64,000 nt of DNA from Eledone cirrhosa (lineage: Eukaryota), in assembly GCA_964016885.1 (NCBI GenBank), contig OZ024742.1, forward strand, positions 5,828,001 to 5,892,000, read 5' to 3'. This document shows positions 60,501-64,000 of this stretch, in pieces. The notes beneath the pieces are model-generated. The model saw only the letters and a list, made by a program, of their open reading frames with translations. It did not search any database and had not been told where the DNA came from. Numbering within the stretch: the stretch's first letter is position 1; the number at the start of each line of letters is the position of its first letter. Position numbers and translations under genes: made by a program.

Positions 60501-63500
60501 AGTCTGGACGGGTAGAACAACCTGGCACAATTACCATACTATATATTTAGATCTGGAGGGGCAGAACAGCCTGGCACAACTACCATACTATATATTTAGA
60601 ATTGGAGGGGCAGAACAGCCTGGCATAACTACCTTACTATATATTTAGATCTGGAGGGGCAGAACAGCCTGGCACAAGTACCATACTATACATTTAGATC
60701 TGGAGACGCAGAAGAGCCTGGCACAACTACCATACTATATATTTAAATCTGGAGGTGAAGAATAGCTTGGCACAACTACCATACTATATATTTAGATATG
60801 GAGGTGGCAGAAGAGCCTGGCACAACTACCATACCATATATTTAGATCTGGAGGGGAAGAACAGCCTGGCACAACTACCATACTATATATTTAGATCTGG
60901 AGGGGTAGAACAACCTGGCACAATCACCATACTATATATTTATATCTGGAGCGGCAGAACAGCATAACACAACTACCATATTATATATTTAGATCTGGAG
61001 AGGCAGAACAGCCTGGCACAAGTACCATACTATATAGTTAGATCTGGAGGGGTAGAACAGCTTGGCATAACTACCATACTATATATTTATATCTGTCGGT
61101 GGAAGAACAATCTGGCATAACTACCATACTATATGTTTAGATCTGGAGGGCCAGAAGAGGCTGACACAACTACCCTACTATAATTTTAGATCTGGAGAGG
61201 CAGATCGGCCTGGCACAACTACCATACTATATATTTAGATCTGGAGGTGGAAGAAAAACCTGGCACAACTACCATACTATATATTTAGATCTGGAGGTGG
61301 AAAACAGCCTGGACCAACTACCATACTATATATTTAGATCTGGAGGGGCAGAACAGCCTGGCACAACTACCATACTATACATTTAGATCTGGAGGGGTAG
61401 AACAGCTTGGCACAACTAACATACTATATATTTAGATCTAGAGGGGCAGAACAGTCTGGCACAACGACTATAATATATATTTAGATCTGGAGGGGCAGAA
61501 CAGCATGGCACAACTTCCATACTATATATTTAGATCTGGAGGTGGAAGAAGAGCCTGGCACAACTACCATACTATATATTTAGATCTGGAGAGGCAGAAC
61601 AGCCTGGCACAAGTACCATACTATATATTTAGATCTGGAGGGGCAGAACAGCTTGGCACAACTACCATACTATATATTTATATCTGACGGTGGAAGAACA
61701 ATCTGACACAACTACCATACTATATATTTATATCTGGAGGGCCAGAAGAGCCTGGCACAACTACCGTACTATATATTTAGATCTGGAGGGGCAGAACAGC
61801 CTGGCACAACTATCCATACTATATATTTAGATCTGGAGGGGTAGAACAGCTTGGCACAACAACCATACTATATATTTAGATCTGGAGGGCAGAACAGTCT
61901 GGCACAACTACTATACTATATATTTAGATGTGGAGAGGCAGAACAGCATGGCACAACTACCATACTATATATTTAAATCTGGAGGGGCAGAATAACCTAG
62001 CACAAATACCATACTATACATTTAGATCTGGTGGTGGTAGTACAGCCTCGCACAACTACCATACTATATATTTAAATCTGGAGGGGCAGAATAACCTGGC
62101 ACAACTACCATACTATATATATTTAGATCTGGAGGTGGAAGAAGAGCCTGGCACAACTACCATACTATATATTTAGATCTGAAGGGGTAGAACAGCTTGG
62201 AACAATTACCATATAATATATTTAGATCTGGAGTGGCAGAACAGTCTGGCACCACTACCATACTATACATTTAGATCTGGAGGGGCAGAAGAGCCTGGCA
62301 CAACTACCATACTATATATTTAAATCTGGAGGGGTAGAACAGCTTGGCACAACTACCATACTATATATTTAGATCTGGAGGTGGGAGAAGAGCCTGGCAC
62401 AATTACCATACTTTATATTTAGATCTGGAGGTGCGAGTACAGCCTGGCACAACTACCATACTATATATTTAGACCTGGAGGTGGAAGAAGTGCCTGGCAA
62501 AACTACCATACATATATTTAGATCTGGAGGTGGGAGTAGAGCCTGGCACAACTACCATAATATATATTTAAATCAGGAGGGGCAGAATAACCTGGCACAA
62601 CTAGCATACTATATATTTAAATCTGGAGGGGGAGAACAACCTGGCACAATCACCATACTATATATTTAGATCTGGAGCGGCAGAACAGCATAACACAACT
62701 ACCATACTATATATTTATATCTGGAGAGGCAGAACAGCTTGGCACAAGTACCATACTATATATTTAGATCTGGAGAGGCAGAACAGCTTGGCACAACTAC
62801 CATACTATATATTTATATCTGTCGGTGGAAGAACAATCTGGCATAACTACCATACTATATGTTTAGATCTGGAGGTCCAGAATAGCCTGGCACAACTACC
62901 CTACTATATATTTAGATCTGGAGAGGCAGAACGACCTGGCACAACTACCATACTATATATTTTGATCTGGAGGGCCAGAACAGTCTGGCACCACTACCAT
63001 ACTAGATATTTAGATCTGGAGGGGCGGAAGAGCCTTGGATAACTACCATACTATATATTTAAGTCTGGAGGGGAAGAATAAACAGGCACAACTACCATAT
63101 TATATATTGAGATCTGGAGGGGCAGAAGAGCCTGGCACAACTACCATACTATATATTTAGATCTGGAGGGCCAGAACAACCTGACACAACTAGCATATAT
63201 ATATTTAGATCTGGAGGGGCAGTACAGCCTGGCACAACTACCAATATATATATTTAGATCTGGAGGGGCAGAACAGCCTAACACAACTACGATACTATAT
63301 ATTTAGATCTCGAGAGGTAGAACAGCTTGGCATAACTACCATACTATATATTTAGATCTGGAGGGGCAGAACAGTCTGGCACAACTACTATACTATATAT
63401 TTAGATCTGGAGGTGCAGAACAGCATGGCACAACTACCATACTATATATTTAAATCTGGAGGGGCAGAATAACCTGGCACAAATAGCATACTATATATTT

Positions 63501-64000
63501 AGATCTGGAGGGGGAAGAAGAGCCTGGCACGACTACTATACTATATATTTAGATCTGGAGAGGCAGAACAGCCTGGCACAAGTACCATACTATTTATTTA
63601 GATCTGGAGGGGCAGAACAGCTTGGCACAACTAACATACTATATATTTATATCTGTCGGTGGAAGAACAATCTGGCACAACTACCATACTATATATTTAG
63701 ATCTGGAGGGCCAGAAGAGCCGGGCACAACTACCCTACAATATATTTAGATCTGGAGGGGCAGAATAGCCTGGCACAACTATCCATACTATATATTTAGA
63801 TGTGGAGGGGCAGAACAACCTGGCACAACTACCATACTATATATTTAGATCTGGAGGGGGAGAACAGCATGGCACAACTACCATACTATATATTTAAATC
63901 TGGAGGGGCAGAATAACCTGGCACAAATACCATACTATATAATTTGATCTGGAGTTGGGAGTACAGCCTGGCACAACTACCATACTATATATTTAAATCT

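Larger units (their letters stand above)
1..64000 (+). repeat. Satellite DNA array of 49/50-bp monomers, ~1,300 head-to-tail copies, extending beyond both window ends
   Basis: TTTAGATCTGGAGG...GGCACAACTACCATACTATATA recurs every 49-50 bp on every line. Main classes are 49-bp GGAGGGGCAGAACAG and 50-bp GGAGGTGGGAGTACAG, GGAGGTGGAAGAAGAG and TGAAAGGGGCAGAACAG. No inverted copy and no non-repeat insertion seen. Confidence 0.99.

Noticed and set aside
36730-61900. 48-bp monomers (GGAGGGCAG) as homopolymer sequencing errors
   Set aside because: They recur at homologous positions in duplicated blocks (e.g. ~36740/~38460, ~41700/~42535, ~50470/~58190/~61885), so they are probably real inherited 1-bp deletions and otherwise unremarkable.
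1942-63042. All ORFs in the track (LAQLPYYIFRSGG / WHNYHTIYLDLE / PGTTTILYI repeats), including the 174-aa ORF at 37930-38454
   Set aside because: A 49-bp unit shifts frame with each copy, so the same three peptides cycle and TAG in TTTAGA stops translation about every third monomer. Longer ORFs occur only where 50-bp monomers or TTTATA/TTTACA variants skip the stop. There is no frame conservation, most starts are GTG/TTG, and no domain is recognisable.
1-64000. CRISPR array (constant repeat plus variable spacer look)
   Set aside because: The variable parts are only ~13-14 bp, homologous to one another and reused hundreds of times. The constant part also mutates. No leader or cas genes are present.
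1-64000. Antigenic-variation or diversity-generating cassette library
   Set aside because: There is no preserved reading frame, expression site, recombinase or reverse transcriptase. The variation is explained by point mutation plus duplication.
1-64000. Dam (GATC) and Dcm (CCWGG) sites in nearly every monomer; iteron or origin-like array
   Set aside because: Short motifs in one 49-mer are multiplied by amplification and are frequently mutated. There is no prokaryotic gene context.
1-64000. TATA-box or promoter array (TATATATTTA; TAAATATATA on the minus strand)
   Set aside because: The AT-rich motif has no downstream gene or other supporting element, so function cannot be supported from sequence alone.
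1-64000. Telomerase-type repeat or G-quadruplex array
   Set aside because: The unit is too long and too heterogeneous for a telomerase template, and each monomer has only one G3+ run. A recombination-maintained subtelomeric location cannot be excluded but is not shown here.

Overview
The whole 64-kb window is one uninterrupted head-to-tail tandem array (satellite DNA) of about 1,300 copies of a 49-50 bp monomer, all in one orientation and running off both ends. The consensus is TTTAGATCTGGAGGGGCAGAACAGCCTGGCACAACTACCATACTATATA (49 bp, about 45% GC, no CpG, one BglII site). I see no genes, RNA genes, transposons, inversions or unique sequence. All listed ORFs are artefacts of reading through the repeat. 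I do not recognise the satellite family or the organism; the array size and style suggest a eukaryote, which is an inference. The notable signal is architectural. There is a nested higher-order repeat (HOR) hierarchy: monomer, an ancient ~7-monomer order, a 1.65-kb block, a 3.93-kb HOR and a 14.2-kb near-identical tandem duplication. A young homogeneous core (about 3-36 kb) sits between more diverged flanks. The two largest duplication junctions fall inside the conserved part of the monomer, two templated-insertion scars are present (one amplified to 14 copies), and the monomer is quasi-palindromic. I found no evidence of a new protein-coding system. All offsets were derived by hand from diagnostic variants and the ORF track, and should be confirmed with a dot plot.
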